Below, one piece after another: positions 25,428 to 38,200 of a stretch of DNA of 64,000 nt; positions within the stretch are counted from its first letter, which is position 1; the number at the start of each line of letters is the position of its first letter. The stretch comes from Cirrosporium novae-zelandiae (Eukaryota), in NCBI GenBank assembly GCA_026023565.1, contig JAPETS010000024.1, forward strand, positions 186,001 through 250,000. The letters are read 5' to 3'. A program made the translations under genes and the position numbers. The notes below the pieces were generated by a model. The model worked only from the letters and a program-made list of their open reading frames with translations. It was not told where the DNA came from and searched no databases.

Positions 25428-26135
25428 TTTTCTAGAGGCAGAGTGAAAGCTTTGATACCTAGCACATACATCAAACTTCAGAAGAAGCGGGATGCGAAAT
25501 AGAAACGAAATGCCTCTCAAGCTAGGGTTTCGCATGAGCAATGTTGAAGTACTTTAAGGTATAGTACCTCCGAGCGGGTAACGTTTTCACCAACCCAAGG
25601 GACAACCAAGGAAGTTGGCCACGCGACAAAATAATTTTTTCGAGGGTCTTCAACCTCGTGGCCTCCACGGATAATTGTGCTTGGCTCTCTTATTGAACGT
25701 CATGAGAATCAAAGAATAAGGTATGGAGATAGAATTAATGAATTGTTACAGGGTACAAGGTAGTAGGTAATTGAAGGTTAGAGAGTTAACTCCATGCAAG
25801 TCAAGTCATACAACGCTTTTCTACTTCACTCGTTCAATATGTCCCATCATTTCCCTCATAAATTGCCAAACCAGACATACAGAATTCAGTTCGTAATAAA
25901 GCGCCTAATAATGCAAACCAGCAAGTCATAACATTGAAAAATAATAGTGGTCCCGAAGCAATCCCATAACCCTTATCCGTTCCGTCCATTTTCCCAATAA
26001 CACCGACTAGCAGCGACGGTGCTCCGACTCCAACCTATATGCCCTCTCAAATAATCCGGTTATACCCATCTAGCGTGTAAGAATATACGTCAAAACAGTA
26101 ATCGCATCTGTCGAGAAACGACTGTATGTCCTATA

Positions 26136-26589
26136 TTACCACCGACGGCTTGCAGAACTTGGCTCATAGCTTCCCCCAAAGAGTTGCCCCAAGGCAACTT
26201 CGGCAGCATCCTCTTTTGCATTATTGACATAGGCGCCATCATACCAGTAGCGTGCCTGGATACTTTTTCCTTGAACCGTGACCGTACTCGACCAGGCTGT
26301 TCGCCCACCTGCCAATGACGAATTGAGTTAGCTAGATTCAAGTGAGAGTAATAGGCAAACTCAAGGGAACATGACTTACCACGACGATCAGAGACGATAT
26401 TGAAGACAGGAGGTTGGATTTTAGCAGCATGACAATGTTCTACGTCAAGTCTTCAGTTCAATTGCTTCAAAGATACCAGTTGGATTATAAACCTTGGAGC
26501 TTCTCTTGCCATGTTTTTTTGCTGCCACCGCCAATACTAGAAGAAGCAGCTGATGTTGTGGTTGCGGAAGTTGGTGAAGATAGAGACAT
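26136..26589 (-). CDS. Small (109 aa) single dsRNA-binding-motif protein; exons 26493-26589, 26380-26439, 26136-26308
   Basis: Spliced translation ...TWQEKLQEHCHAAKIQPPVFNIVSDRRGGRTAWSSTVTVQGKSIQARYWYDGAYVNNAKEDAAEVALGQL... fits the dsRBM pattern; GT-AG introns; TATAAAA on the minus strand at 26874-26880. Confidence 0.85.
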
Positions 26590-28663
26590 TATTACGATTA
26601 GGTGATTGTAAAACGTGTAGGAGTTGCAGAATATGTAGAACGTATAGGATGCTGTAGGATGAAGTGGGGTGAAGTGGGATGAAATCCAAAGAGGTGAATG
26701 GCGATGAATATCAATGTTGCAAGATATGAAGTGACAGAATGAGAATAATATAGACTTGCAGCAGGACAGGCAAGGTCAAGGAGGTCTGAAGAGTAATCTC
26801 GTTCGGAGCTTCTGGTGGAAATCTGTGGCAGGAGGGGAGGTTAAGAGGGGAAGGAAAAAACCCTTGGGCAGTCTTTTATAGATAACCTAACATGACGAAA
26901 TGCAGGCTTTACCAGAAACCAGATGTTTGAGTCTAGACAAATGGGTTGGAGACATGCAAGCAATAATAGCTTTAGTTCTGCGCGTATGAGGTATGACCAG
27001 AGTCGTCAATTGCTTTTACAAAAGACCGAGTTCGACCTCCTCATGCAGCGATGCCCTGATATCCAGATACCATCATGAATTTGAGAAGCTGACGTGCATT
27101 ATGCATTTGCATCGGCCCGTAGCGACTTCCTCCAAGTATTTTTTCTGAAGAACTATTAGAGCAAAAGTGATGAACCGGCTAAGGGCATGGTGGGCTTCCC
27201 TGGACCTTGAGACAAAGAGCCAAAGAGCCTGTGTCTTATCCAAATGGAAGCCCCACGATGCAAAATGGTGCGTTGGTTCCATTGAGACTAGGAGATTAAG
27301 AGACAGTTGGCAATGCATCATCGGGCCAAATTGAGGGGACATGTCAGAAGCCCTAAGGCCCTTTGGCTTTTTTGTTTTTTCTTTGTTTTATTATTATTAT
27401 TTTTTTTGGAGGAAGAGTGGATATCATTGGAATCAATGGTTGAGGAAAGGTGTGTACTACAACCACTGTTAATGGGGAATACAACTGACGCCAATATCAC
27501 CGCGGGTGGTTTTGCAGGACCTTAAGGGACCTCACAGCACAGTTGGAGGCTTGTCAAAGCAAACTCGTCGACGGAATTTCTAAATGAACTGTTGCGATGG
27601 ACATAATTGGCTGCTTTGTTGGGCACCAACGCTCGTAGCTAACTGAGGTAGGTAGACAAACCTCCAAAGTCACTGCCGGATAATGAGAACTATTACTCTC
27701 CATAACTGTCCACTAAATCAAAAGCGATTCAAAAGTATCTGAGGCTTGACAAGACCCCCTATAGCCAGACTTCCCCGACGTGGTACTTTACCAGTGGCAT
27801 TATCCATAGACCTAGAGAGTTTTTGTAGTTTGTTGCATCCCAAGTAGAAAGTAATAGTCTTTCTTCTTTTACCTCAACCCTGATTGAGGACATTCTCGGC
27901 AAGCGGCAACAGAGAGGCTTTAAGCCTCAATTCCCAAGACTTCAAATTTGGGGAAAAGGAATTCAATACATACCAAAAGTCTCCAGGTTTCTAGCCCTTC
28001 AGCTATCCAGCTATCCAGCTATCCAACTACCTATGCAGTTATCAATATCACACTATGCTCAATTCTACCGTGACATTCATCTTGGCCGGGATCCCGGAAC
28101 TCTTCGGTTAACTATTTAGTCATTCATCTAAGATCCGCTTCCCACTGAACCCCATTGATCCTCATTGACCCCAGTGAATCCTATGGAATCCCATCCGTGA
28201 AAGTATTTCTCCTTCTGGATCCTTACTACACAACTCGGGACTTTGGGCGGTAACTTATTATCATTGAAGTCATAACAGCTACCTAATCTCCAACAACAGA
28301 TACCTTCATTCCGCATTCATTCGCATCCATTCGATCCGTCAGATTATCAGATTCGTTCCATCCATTCCCATTCATTCATTCATTCCCTTCATTAGTAGTT
28401 CCTACTACTACCCGTACCTTAACCATTCCCAGCGCCTTCCATATGCCAATTCCGTCGTCTGCTCATGCATCGAGGTATCATAGGGGCTTAACCCTCCCTT
28501 CAATTAGCGATCCCTGATGGTACTTCCAGCCTGTAAATGCGTTGTTCAAACATCCACATGCCCATAAAGAGAAAAAAAACAGTTCATCCTCAACGCCACC
28601 AACCCATTAATAATTGATACAGGCCATGGCGGCTTTGCTCGCTGGAGCAATCCATCTCAGGCG

Positions 28664-30046
28664 TTAGCATGCTTCTGTCGTGGAATAATCATCCCGAGTT
28701 TCTGTTTTTCCTCGGCGGTTGAAGAGATTATGAATGATAGTCTTCGCTTTAACTTCACTGTCCTGGCCTGCCGTAATTGAGGTTGGAATACTGAATTGCA
28801 TCTTTCGGTTGCTGTGCCATCGCTGTTTGATAGTGTCATCAACAAGCGCAATGAGGCCAGTCGCTACAACAACACTAAAAGAAATCAGTGTTTAATTCGG
28901 ACCTTGAGGTTTCTACACTTACTCTGCAATATCTGTCTGGTCGCGGAAAGCTTCGGGATCACTTATGGTCAGCGAACAGGGCTTGATCCAGCCACCCTTA
29001 GACTCTTCATCGATGGCCTCCGCTCGGGACATTGGGACTGGAACTATGGATGCCACTGTAGCGCGGGTCTTTGTATTGACCAAGTGGTATGAGAATTCTG
29101 TACGATCTTCAAGCTTGATTGTGGAACGTTTCCACATGTAGCTGAATCCCCAGTAGTCAAATTGATATTTTTTCGTCGATTTAGCACCCCGTCTCCTGAC
29201 GTCTATGTGAGCATAATTCGAGAATTCGAGTTGGGTGGTATTAGTAGGCATTGGGATGCTGTTGGATTTCTGCGAAGTTGCTGAGGTTCGAGATATAGCA
29301 TCGTTATCATCTTCATCTTCCATTCCAGTCATGTAACCGGAATCTTGCCGACGCAAACTCCCTTTTGTACTCGACCCGGTCTCGATCTTAGGTCGAAGAC
29401 TCGATAAGGCGCTGCTCATCGATCGTTGAAAGCTTGGCCGGTCTGGTTTGGTGAACTTGCGACTTGAATGACAGACTTCACGGCCCGATTCTCTACAGTA
29501 ACGTCGAAGGGAGAACTCTCGTTTTCTCAAGTCATGCATGCGGAGATGGAATAAGGTCACAACTTGTTTTCGTTTGCCCTCTGTGTCGATTCGGAGATTC
29601 ATGTTACCGTCAATCGTTGAATCATCATGATGGATCAAAAGTCTGCGTGTTGATGGGAACAGCTGAGCGAATTCATGGGGGGTTGATGGAACAGCTTCGG
29701 ACTCATAAACATCATATCGAGGTTCCCAGACTTCATATTGAGGCTCTTCGGGGAGATCATCGTTGGAAGGAACCGTTGAAGTATATGTGTCGGTGGATAC
29801 ACGGGGATTATCCAGCTCTTCTTCATACTCATTATCTTGTTCATAATCTTCTTCATAATCTTCTTCATAGACATGTTCATGGCGATGTAATGGTGCTTCG
29901 GTGGATGGATATTCTTTCCGAGAAGAGCCAGAACTAGCAACTGTCGGCACAGTACTTTGAGACTGGTAGGAGTTGTGGCTGCGATGCGTGCTGGAACTGC
30001 TGGTATCACTTCGGGCAGTCCTCGGTCGATGCATGTTGTAAGACAT
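28664..30046 (-). CDS. Conserved uncharacterised Pezizomycotina protein, 2 exons (intron near 28876-28922)
   Basis: 375-aa ORF with blocks HHDDSTIDGNMNLRID and LFHLRMHDLRKREFSLRRYCRESGREVCHS; splices to DVVVATGLIALVDDTIKQRW, stop at 28664-28666. Confidence 0.8.
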
Positions 30047-33000
30047 TATGGCTTTGTGACTGATGGGAAGGAATAGCTATGGTAGGAGAATATAAAAAGA
30101 TAGCCCTCCTTGGAAGGGGAGAGGTGAAAGATGATTATGAGGAGAAATTATTTAAGAGGAAGGGCTTCCTGGATGAAGCAAGGGCGGTGGAGAGTGTAAT
30201 GGTATAATTACTTGGTGAGGCTTTCTCGATGGGGAATTGTGAGTTGTCGACTAGAAGCCATAATGAGAGAGAGACTTTTTTTTTCCAAGGCGAGAAATGG
30301 TATAAAGAGAAATTATAGTTAATGAAGTGTATGGTAAATGAAGAAGAAGTCTAAAATTGGGTTGGAAGAGACAGGTCTTATTATTATTCGGCAGTGGGGT
30401 GGAAGTGAAGGAGTACTGTGGTATGGCTGAGGAACAGGAAGGTCTTTGGGGGACCGAAGCGGCCGAAGCGGCTTGCGGCTTGTGAGGATCTCTGGGTTCT
30501 GGCTTTTAGACTGATGGGGCCGGGGTGAGGCGAAGAGGGGGGAGGTCACCACTACCACCAACTACTTGGCACAAAAAGAAAGAAAGCTCTACAACAAACT
30601 ACAAGGCTCTAGAAAGTCGGCCTACTCGCTCTCGCTCATGCGCCCCCATTAGCCTGACCAAGCCTTGAACAGGGGCCCTATGAAACTGTGAATACTGTGG
30701 TAAAAGCTGTGGACAAAAGCTATCATCAACAAGTAAGATGGATAGATGGATAGATGGACAGATGATACCCCCCCAAACTTGGGACTAAAACCACCTGCTC
30801 TCTTCGGTGACGCTTGAGAGGCCCAGTCATGCAGTGTGATGTGGTTGGACTGGACAAGAACAGGATATAATGCGAACAAGCTGATTCTGACCCTTCAATC
30901 TCTTCGATTATTCGCACGATTCTGATTCCATCACATATCTATCGCACATGGCCGGTAGCCAACCAAATCTCAAAATACCATCTTGTTGCCGCTCACTCGA
31001 ATAAATCTACGCCGATTACCTTACCACCCACATAAGAGCCCTCTTTTAATTATTGTGACCTTTTGGCTTTTGTCAGCTTTTTGTTGACCTGACCTTAAGT
31101 ACTGTGGTACCCATGGATTTGGAAGCGCGAGCCGTTCAGCGCTTCCAATGCTTCCAATGCCGATCTGACTACGATAATTCAAAACGTTCTCGATGTTCTT
31201 TTGTCTTTCCTCAGCTGTCAGATCACCTAAATTCTAAAATAACCTTTTTATTAGTCCTTGGATTAGTTGGCATTGACTGACTAGAAGTGGAAATCTGGAA
31301 GATATGACAGTTTGCAATGTCAATTTTGTTGACAGGAGTAATACTATGCTTGAAAACGTTGAGTCCAACTTGTATTGACGTTGCAGACACATGGGTACTG
31401 GCTTACTGGCTTGCATTTCTTGTGTAAATGATGAGTTCACAGGACATTAGGTTGCACAGGGTCAATCAAACAATATGCAACTTCTTCCTATTCACGCAAT
31501 CTTACCCGCTTACTCAACTGTCAACCTTCGATTATATTATCCCTCCCACTTAAATTCTCCATAGAATTCCGGTTAATTGTTAAGAAATCAATCATCATTT
31601 CAATTCACTTTTTTCTTTTCTTTTTATTAGTTGGCCTTTTTAGGCATCCAAGTGAATCTCAAAGTACCATGTACCTGGACGTACAACCTACACCAGGTCA
31701 TTTCCCGCTTGCATGTGTCATAGATACAAACGTTCCTGGACCCTGGTACTCCTGCCACTGACATTCATTATGACCAATTACTATCATTTTGTGTTGGAGG
31801 TTTCCTAAACTTCCTAAATTTCTCATAGAAAAAGAAAAAAGTGAATACCGCCAAATTTATGGAACATCCCGCCTCAAAGTTTACAAGGGCTCTCCTTGAG
31901 ATAGTGATCACAAGATTTCGGTCCCTGAACTATCGCGCGAGAGTGCATGTACCAAGGTCCTTTTTGAAGATCCACTATATCTGGATGGTCTATTCTAACG
32001 TCTGAATCTTGTTACAAACAAGTGGCTTGCAACTCTGAAAATTCTTCAACAAATGGGAATTTGCTTTTTCCGTCCTACGGCGATTACCGAGCTACTGAGT
32101 ACAATCCAACCTACAACACATCGGGCTTTTTTACTCTTCTAGAACGGCAAGGTCGCATAATTCCGAAAAGGGGGATTTGTTTCCGTCCATTTAGTATGTG
32201 TTTTTGTATATCATTTATTGCTCCAACATCTGTGATTTGTCACTTTTTGAACTAGTCTTGCAAATCGCTTTCTTACACTTGGAACCCCTCCGCGAAGAAC
32301 CGAAATCAACTCAAGTCTTAGTATTGCCGGATTCCGGATTCTAGAACCTGATGGGCACAACCAGAGTGAATATCTTGATAGCAGATCCATTAAAGACCAA
32401 GTGCTCGACCATCAGTTCAACCGTGCTATGCTATAACTCTACTCTTTTTGGAGGATTTTCCATCCTGCTTTTGGTGCCAAGTTCCCTGCATATCTGTCAT
32501 GGCCTAATATCGAACAAGCTTACATTCATTTATTGATACATAAGTATGAACTTTCGTGGTTCCCACTAAGATATGCAGCTCTACCTAAAGTTATTACCGA
32601 GAATGCAGGACAAATAACAAACTGCTATATTTTACAAGCTGCTACATTCACGGAATTATCTTCCCAAATGTTGGTTTACGCTGATTTCCCCGCCTATTGT
32701 TTTTAGCTGGGCTTGGGACTTTGTTAATATTGATAATGAAAGCCTGCTAAACTAATGAGCCAGGGATTTTGCAACCCTTCCATAATTAGTGGCAATACAA
32801 GGACCATGACTCACAGATAACACTTATAATTTTGAAGAGGGGATAATCCCTGTAATGTTGTTGTTACGGGCTTTCTGACTGCTGCTGCCAAAATCAATCC
32901 TACATTCCAATCATTGGAAATTTTAGCAGATGAATTATCCTTCAACGGTGTCGAAGATCCGATTCGTCGGCGTGATAGTCCGTACCATGTATCGTTTTTT

Positions 33001-34920
33001 CCATGGCTTCCATATCCTTGTCAGAATTAACGTCTTGATAATTATCCGACTTCGCTCTACTGGCCGGAAACCTCGTAGGTGACCTTACCATCTGAATTTG
33101 TTAGGCGACGATGTACTTGACAGCATTTCAGATGGGTGGGGTTATGCCTAAGATCACCAGTTCGTGTATTGCACTGAACCGATTTTGACCCTGAAATAGG
33201 CCTTGTGGATAACTGACCTCGTGCTCTTGGCCCAGCCAGTTAGGCCTTAAAGCGTCAAGAACCCTCCCATATTCGCATTCGATTATCCATATATTTGAGG
33301 TCCACGATTATTCAAGGACCTTGCAATAAGTCTTTTCCGAGTTCGTAACTTTATCTATTCCCAATCACATATGCTATATCGACAGACAAAGTCTCGAGCA
33401 CCCCATCGGGCGAATTCCAATCATGGTCTTTTACTGGTACGCTTGTGGTCATGGGTGAATGATCATGTACGAGGAGTCAACAGTATTGGCCGCCAAAGAA
33501 CTTGATGTCTCACTGTAGATGCTAACTATATTTTGCTAGGAAGGAAAAGGGCTGTAAAAGATCCATGCTCTAAATTTCTGATGGTAACCTTGAGACGTTT
33601 AGGCAGGTAAGCATTGACTCAAGTTTTCTACTGAAGGGGGCGGAATAGCATATATCGATAACACCAAAGTGCTGTCTCAATCGTTATCAGATATCAGCTA
33701 CTGTTGGGTACTGTTCATGGACCGTGGCAATGAGGCTGTTACCCACCAATATTGACGAGGAATCATTTATGGCCCTGAATATGCTGCTAGTGAAAAGCCA
33801 GCCTAGTCAAAAAATCCAGGGCGAAAAATGGGTGTTGTCAAGCCCTTCGGTTGCGCTCAAAAAAACAAAAAAAGGGCGCTGCCGCCCCTGAAGGATCAAA
33901 GTTGAAGAACCCACTCTAACCATTCATTCTACGCAGTTTTGCCCTTTTTTTTTCATTTCAAACTCCATTAGGTGTTTTACCCTCCATCCCTTTACCTTCA
34001 CCCCTGGTTGTCTAAAATTGAAAAGGGCAGAACAATTTAATTTTGATATCCTAGCCTTGCTAGATCTGCAGCCTTACTCCACACAATACTTAAAAGTTAG
34101 CCTCATTCATCGTTCTGGACAGGCCAATAAAGTATTTACCTTAACTAAACTCCTTTGTGAGCCAAGAGACTGGATCTTGTTCCGCCTGATATCCCTCCCT
34201 ACGATCCCCATGAGCCGATGCAGATCGTCACCAAAAGGGGCAACAACTTCCTTGGTCAGGGTTTGGGCCCTCACTGGTTCAATACTATCTCTAACCATTC
34301 ATCATCATCTATATATCTACCAAATTCTTTTTAGTCAATGTCACCACCACCACCATCACCCTTCCAAGGACTTGTATGGTAGCCTAGAGACCCTGGAACA
34401 CATTACTACTGCAAGTGTTGGAAGCCACGCCTTATGGAATCTCCTATGGAATCTTTTCTTAAATATAATTCGCAAATTCCTCTTCTTCTTTCTCCGAAGC
34501 TTGCGCCCTTTCCCAGTAATCTCCATGAGAGTAGATTTTCTAACACTACACCAGGGTCCATTAACGGGATCTATCACAAACAGCCTTATGCACATCCCAT
34601 CCCATCATCTACTACTACTTCAGCACCCATCTAACTAACTCGAAATATGGAAGGATGGATGGGTTGCCTACCTACCATAGTAGTCAAGAATATCCCACTA
34701 AAAAATCCCCCCCCCCGACCCCTGGGCAGTTTACCCGACACACATTTCTGTCAGTTCTACTTCCCCCCCCCCTCTTCCTTCCCACCCATCCAAACATACT
34801 GTACTTTCATACAAAGCCCCCCACACGGACTTAACACAGTACTGTACTGTACAAGCCCATCCCAAACTAAAAACATACCTACCCACTCGATCATCAAATG
34901 CGGAATTTAGGAGATTTGAA

Positions 34921-35070
34921 CCCCCCCCCCCCCCCCCCCGAGTGGGTTTTAAGAAGGATGGACAGGCGGTTCTTTGTGGTTAAATGGTATGTGTAAAGGT
35001 AAGTAAAGGTGGGAAGGAGGGGGGGGGATGTTCGGGGATATGTTTAAGGGGGGGAGGGGGGAGGGGGGGT
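34921..35070. repeat. C19 homopolymer followed by clustered G-runs
   Basis: C19 at 34921-34939 and several G4-G8 runs at 35010-35068. Confidence 0.8.
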
Positions 35071-35808
35071 TGAAACTTGAGGCTCTTTCCTATAACCATC
35101 TGACTGCCTACCCCTCCCTTCATATACATACATTAAACCAACTCGCCCTTTTCCCTTTTCCATGTCAATGTTAATATAAATGTTTAATCGAGGTCTACGT
35201 TGGATTTAGATCTTGGATATCCTATTTCTATTTCAAATTCTCAAGACTTTCTATGCGCGCTTTCTACGATATAGGATGTACTGTACATATATATATATCT
35301 CCTAGTGGATTATATATATACGCATATATTTATTCTCCCATCCTTATATAAGTTATCCGACCTCATATCATCTCATTTCACTAATTATATCCCCACTCCG
35401 TTCCTTCATCATACTCATCATCTATCGTCATACAACAATTACAAAAAAAAAAACAGTGTCTTTTTTCTTTTTCTTTTAGTATTTTATGATCACTGCTAAG
35501 TATAGATAGGTATTAATTATGTGTCATGGATGATGATATGATACGTTGGTTTTGTGATTGTTGTATGTGTATGTGTTGAGGTATATATATATATATGGGG
35601 AGATGGAAGTGGGATAGGGGCATATGGTATCTTATGGATGTATTGTATGTATATAAATTATATAATATATACAATATATACATACCTTTATGGCAAAAAA
35701 AAAAGCTTAAAGCCAGATAAGAGGAAATAAGAAAAAAAGGAAGAAGTATATGGTTAGTTAAGTAGATAGGTAGGTTACTCGCCGCGTATTTGTTGTTGTG
35801 TACGTATT

Positions 35809-35834
35809 TATGTATGTATGTATGTATGTATACA
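35809..35834. repeat. (TATG)n microsatellite within TA-rich low-complexity sequence
   Basis: tatgtatgtatgtatgtatgtataca. Confidence 0.8.
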
Positions 35835-36049
35835 TATGTGTAACTCGCACCCCTTGTTACAGATAGATAGATACATGGCACATATGAAATAGTTATTCTC
35901 CAACTCAACCTCAGCATTCCTCAAAAGGAGAGAGAGAAAAAAGAGGTGATAAGAAGAAGACAAGACGATAAGTATCCAAACCTAAGTACCCTCCCAAAAA
36001 GAACCCCCCCCCAAAATAGCCAAAGCTATGGTGGAAATGGAAATGTCCT

Positions 36050-37318
36050 TCATACCATCCCCCACAAAGGCCTCGGGAGAGACCCCCCAGACATGACTGG
36101 ATCCGCACTACGACTTTTCTTTTTCTTAATATCGCGGATCCCGACGTAGGCTTCTCGACGGGCGGGGTCGCCGACAGTGATAGACCAGGTGCGGAGACCG
36201 TAGTAGGCTGCGAGGGAATGGACAAGCCAACGACTAATGATGTGGAAGAGAAAGGAAAGAGGTTAGATATTATATGAAATAAGATGGAGGATGATGGCTG
36301 ACTGGCTGGGGGGAAGGGGGGAAGGGGGCAAAACCATATAGATATAATAGGTAGTAGGGAGGGACGACTTGGGAAGTGGGTTGAGATGATAACGTACCCG
36401 AAACTAGCACCGTGGTCCTCCACGAGACTATCAAATACCAGCTTCTCTCTACCGACCTCCTCTTCATTGACTGTGGCGGTGGAGGAAGCGCCACTGCTCG
36501 CCCGATCTCTCATCCTCCCATTCCTACCCACAAAAACAATTTCATCCTCATCTTCCGAGTCTACATCTCCAAGCCCTGCATTCTCCATCTTCTTCTGCTG
36601 CGCCTCATACTTCTCTAGAAATGTACGAACCTGCTCTTCAAGATCATGCAAAAGTCCCTTGGCAGACTTGGCGCGCTTCAGCTTCTCTCGGAGCTCTTTG
36701 GGGACGTGGCCTGTATCACCAGAGGGCTGGATCTTGGAAGATTTGTGCTTGTGTCGACGGTCGTATCGGTCTTTGGCGGCCCGTTCGGCCATTTCAACGT
36801 CCCAGAGCGGAGCGAGATAATAGGGGACGGAGTGGACGGGGTAGGTGGGGCGGACCTCCCAGTCAGTGGGGAGAGGGGGTTGGGCCCATGGATTGTTGAG
36901 AAGGCGATCTAGATCCCAATACAGTCAATATCGGACATTATAGAAGCCATGATACTTTAATTTCGAACCCACCATTCTCCCACCGTTGACGTCGTCGACT
37001 ACCCTCTTTACCCTTGAGGAGAGCTTCTCGTCTCTTCAAGCTATCACGTCTGGTAGGTTCATGCCGACGGGACAAGTAAGTAGAAACTAGCGCTGATTCG
37101 GCATCGCCTTTGTGAAGGCCGCCTTCATCAACGTGTACACGGCTTGGCTTGATCTGTTCATCAAGAGGGATGGACAGGGGTACAGAGCTGCCAGAATGAG
37201 AAGCGTGTGACAAGGAAGCACCTTGAATGGCGAGAGTAGCTTGTTCAGTCCAGACTTCGATGTTGATTGGGTTTCCCTGATCTTGTGATTGGGTGTTCCT
37301 GATAGGATAGATAGCCAT
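36050..37318 (-). CDS. R3H-associated N-terminal domain protein with C-terminal R3H-like motif, 3 exons
   Basis: RRDSLKRREALLKGKEGSRRRQRWEN|DRLLNNPWAQPPLPTDWEV...VPYYLAPLW; C-terminal RWLVHSLAAYYGLRTWS (RxxxH) ending PRPLWGMV. Confidence 0.85.
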
Positions 37319-38200
37319 TGTTCCCGATATGCAGTTAAAAGAGCTCAAGAGAAAGCAATAGAAGCAAAGTTGGACTGCTAGAAATGTTTCCAGCTGGGCA
37401 AAAGACAGTTGGAGATGAGAGCACGACAACAGATGTTAAATGATGTTTAAGGGGCTTGGATGACTCTGAGAGTAACGATGAGCACAGGCGGAAGTGAAGA
37501 GGACAGCTTGGTTGCACTAGCTAATCGATAAGGCCAATCCCTGTTGATAAACCGACCACGCACAGTGGAGATTTGGAGCAGAGTCAGAGTCAGGCCAGGA
37601 GACCTCCACAATATACGAATGTAATCTGAGCAATCTGAGTAATATTGTAAATCCACCAGTTATCTTCGTTTGTGCGCCTTTTAACCTTCAAAACTCGAGC
37701 CCTGTTACTCATACATGTACTCTAGGATGTACTCTAACGCTCTAGGGGTTTATTGTTAATTTAAACCTCGGTTCGCCCCAACAGAGAGTTTGAAGACGTT
37801 CAACTACGAATCCTCCCCGGATACAAGAATCTTCATACAACGATACAATTGGACAATACCATCAGCAGTATTTCCTGTAGTAGTGTACAAGGCATAAGGG
37901 TTATTGTATGATCCAAGTGACATACAGCAAAAGAAACAGGGGCTAGGCATAATGACCAACAATCATTCATGGCCATATGTGAGATTTATAGGTCTCAACT
38001 CTCATTAAGATCCGATGGCTACCATGAAGGCAACGGTATCCCTTCTCCTTTCAAGAGCCAATCCAATGGACACTTGAGCAGCCCTAGGCCCCCTTGAAAG
38101 AAACACCACATGCTCAGTCCAAAACCTATTCTTAGTTCCTCGGAAAGTTGATACATGTTTGTGAAAAGATGGAACCTGAATATGAGAATGGTAAGCCATC

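Noticed and set aside
27025..27045. gagttcgacctc resembling a tRNA B-box/T-loop
   Set aside because: No 5-bp T-stem, acceptor stem or cloverleaf can be formed.
34018..34638. 206-aa ORF with a His run
   Set aside because: TTG start, low-complexity composition and no recognisable domain; not supportable as a gene.
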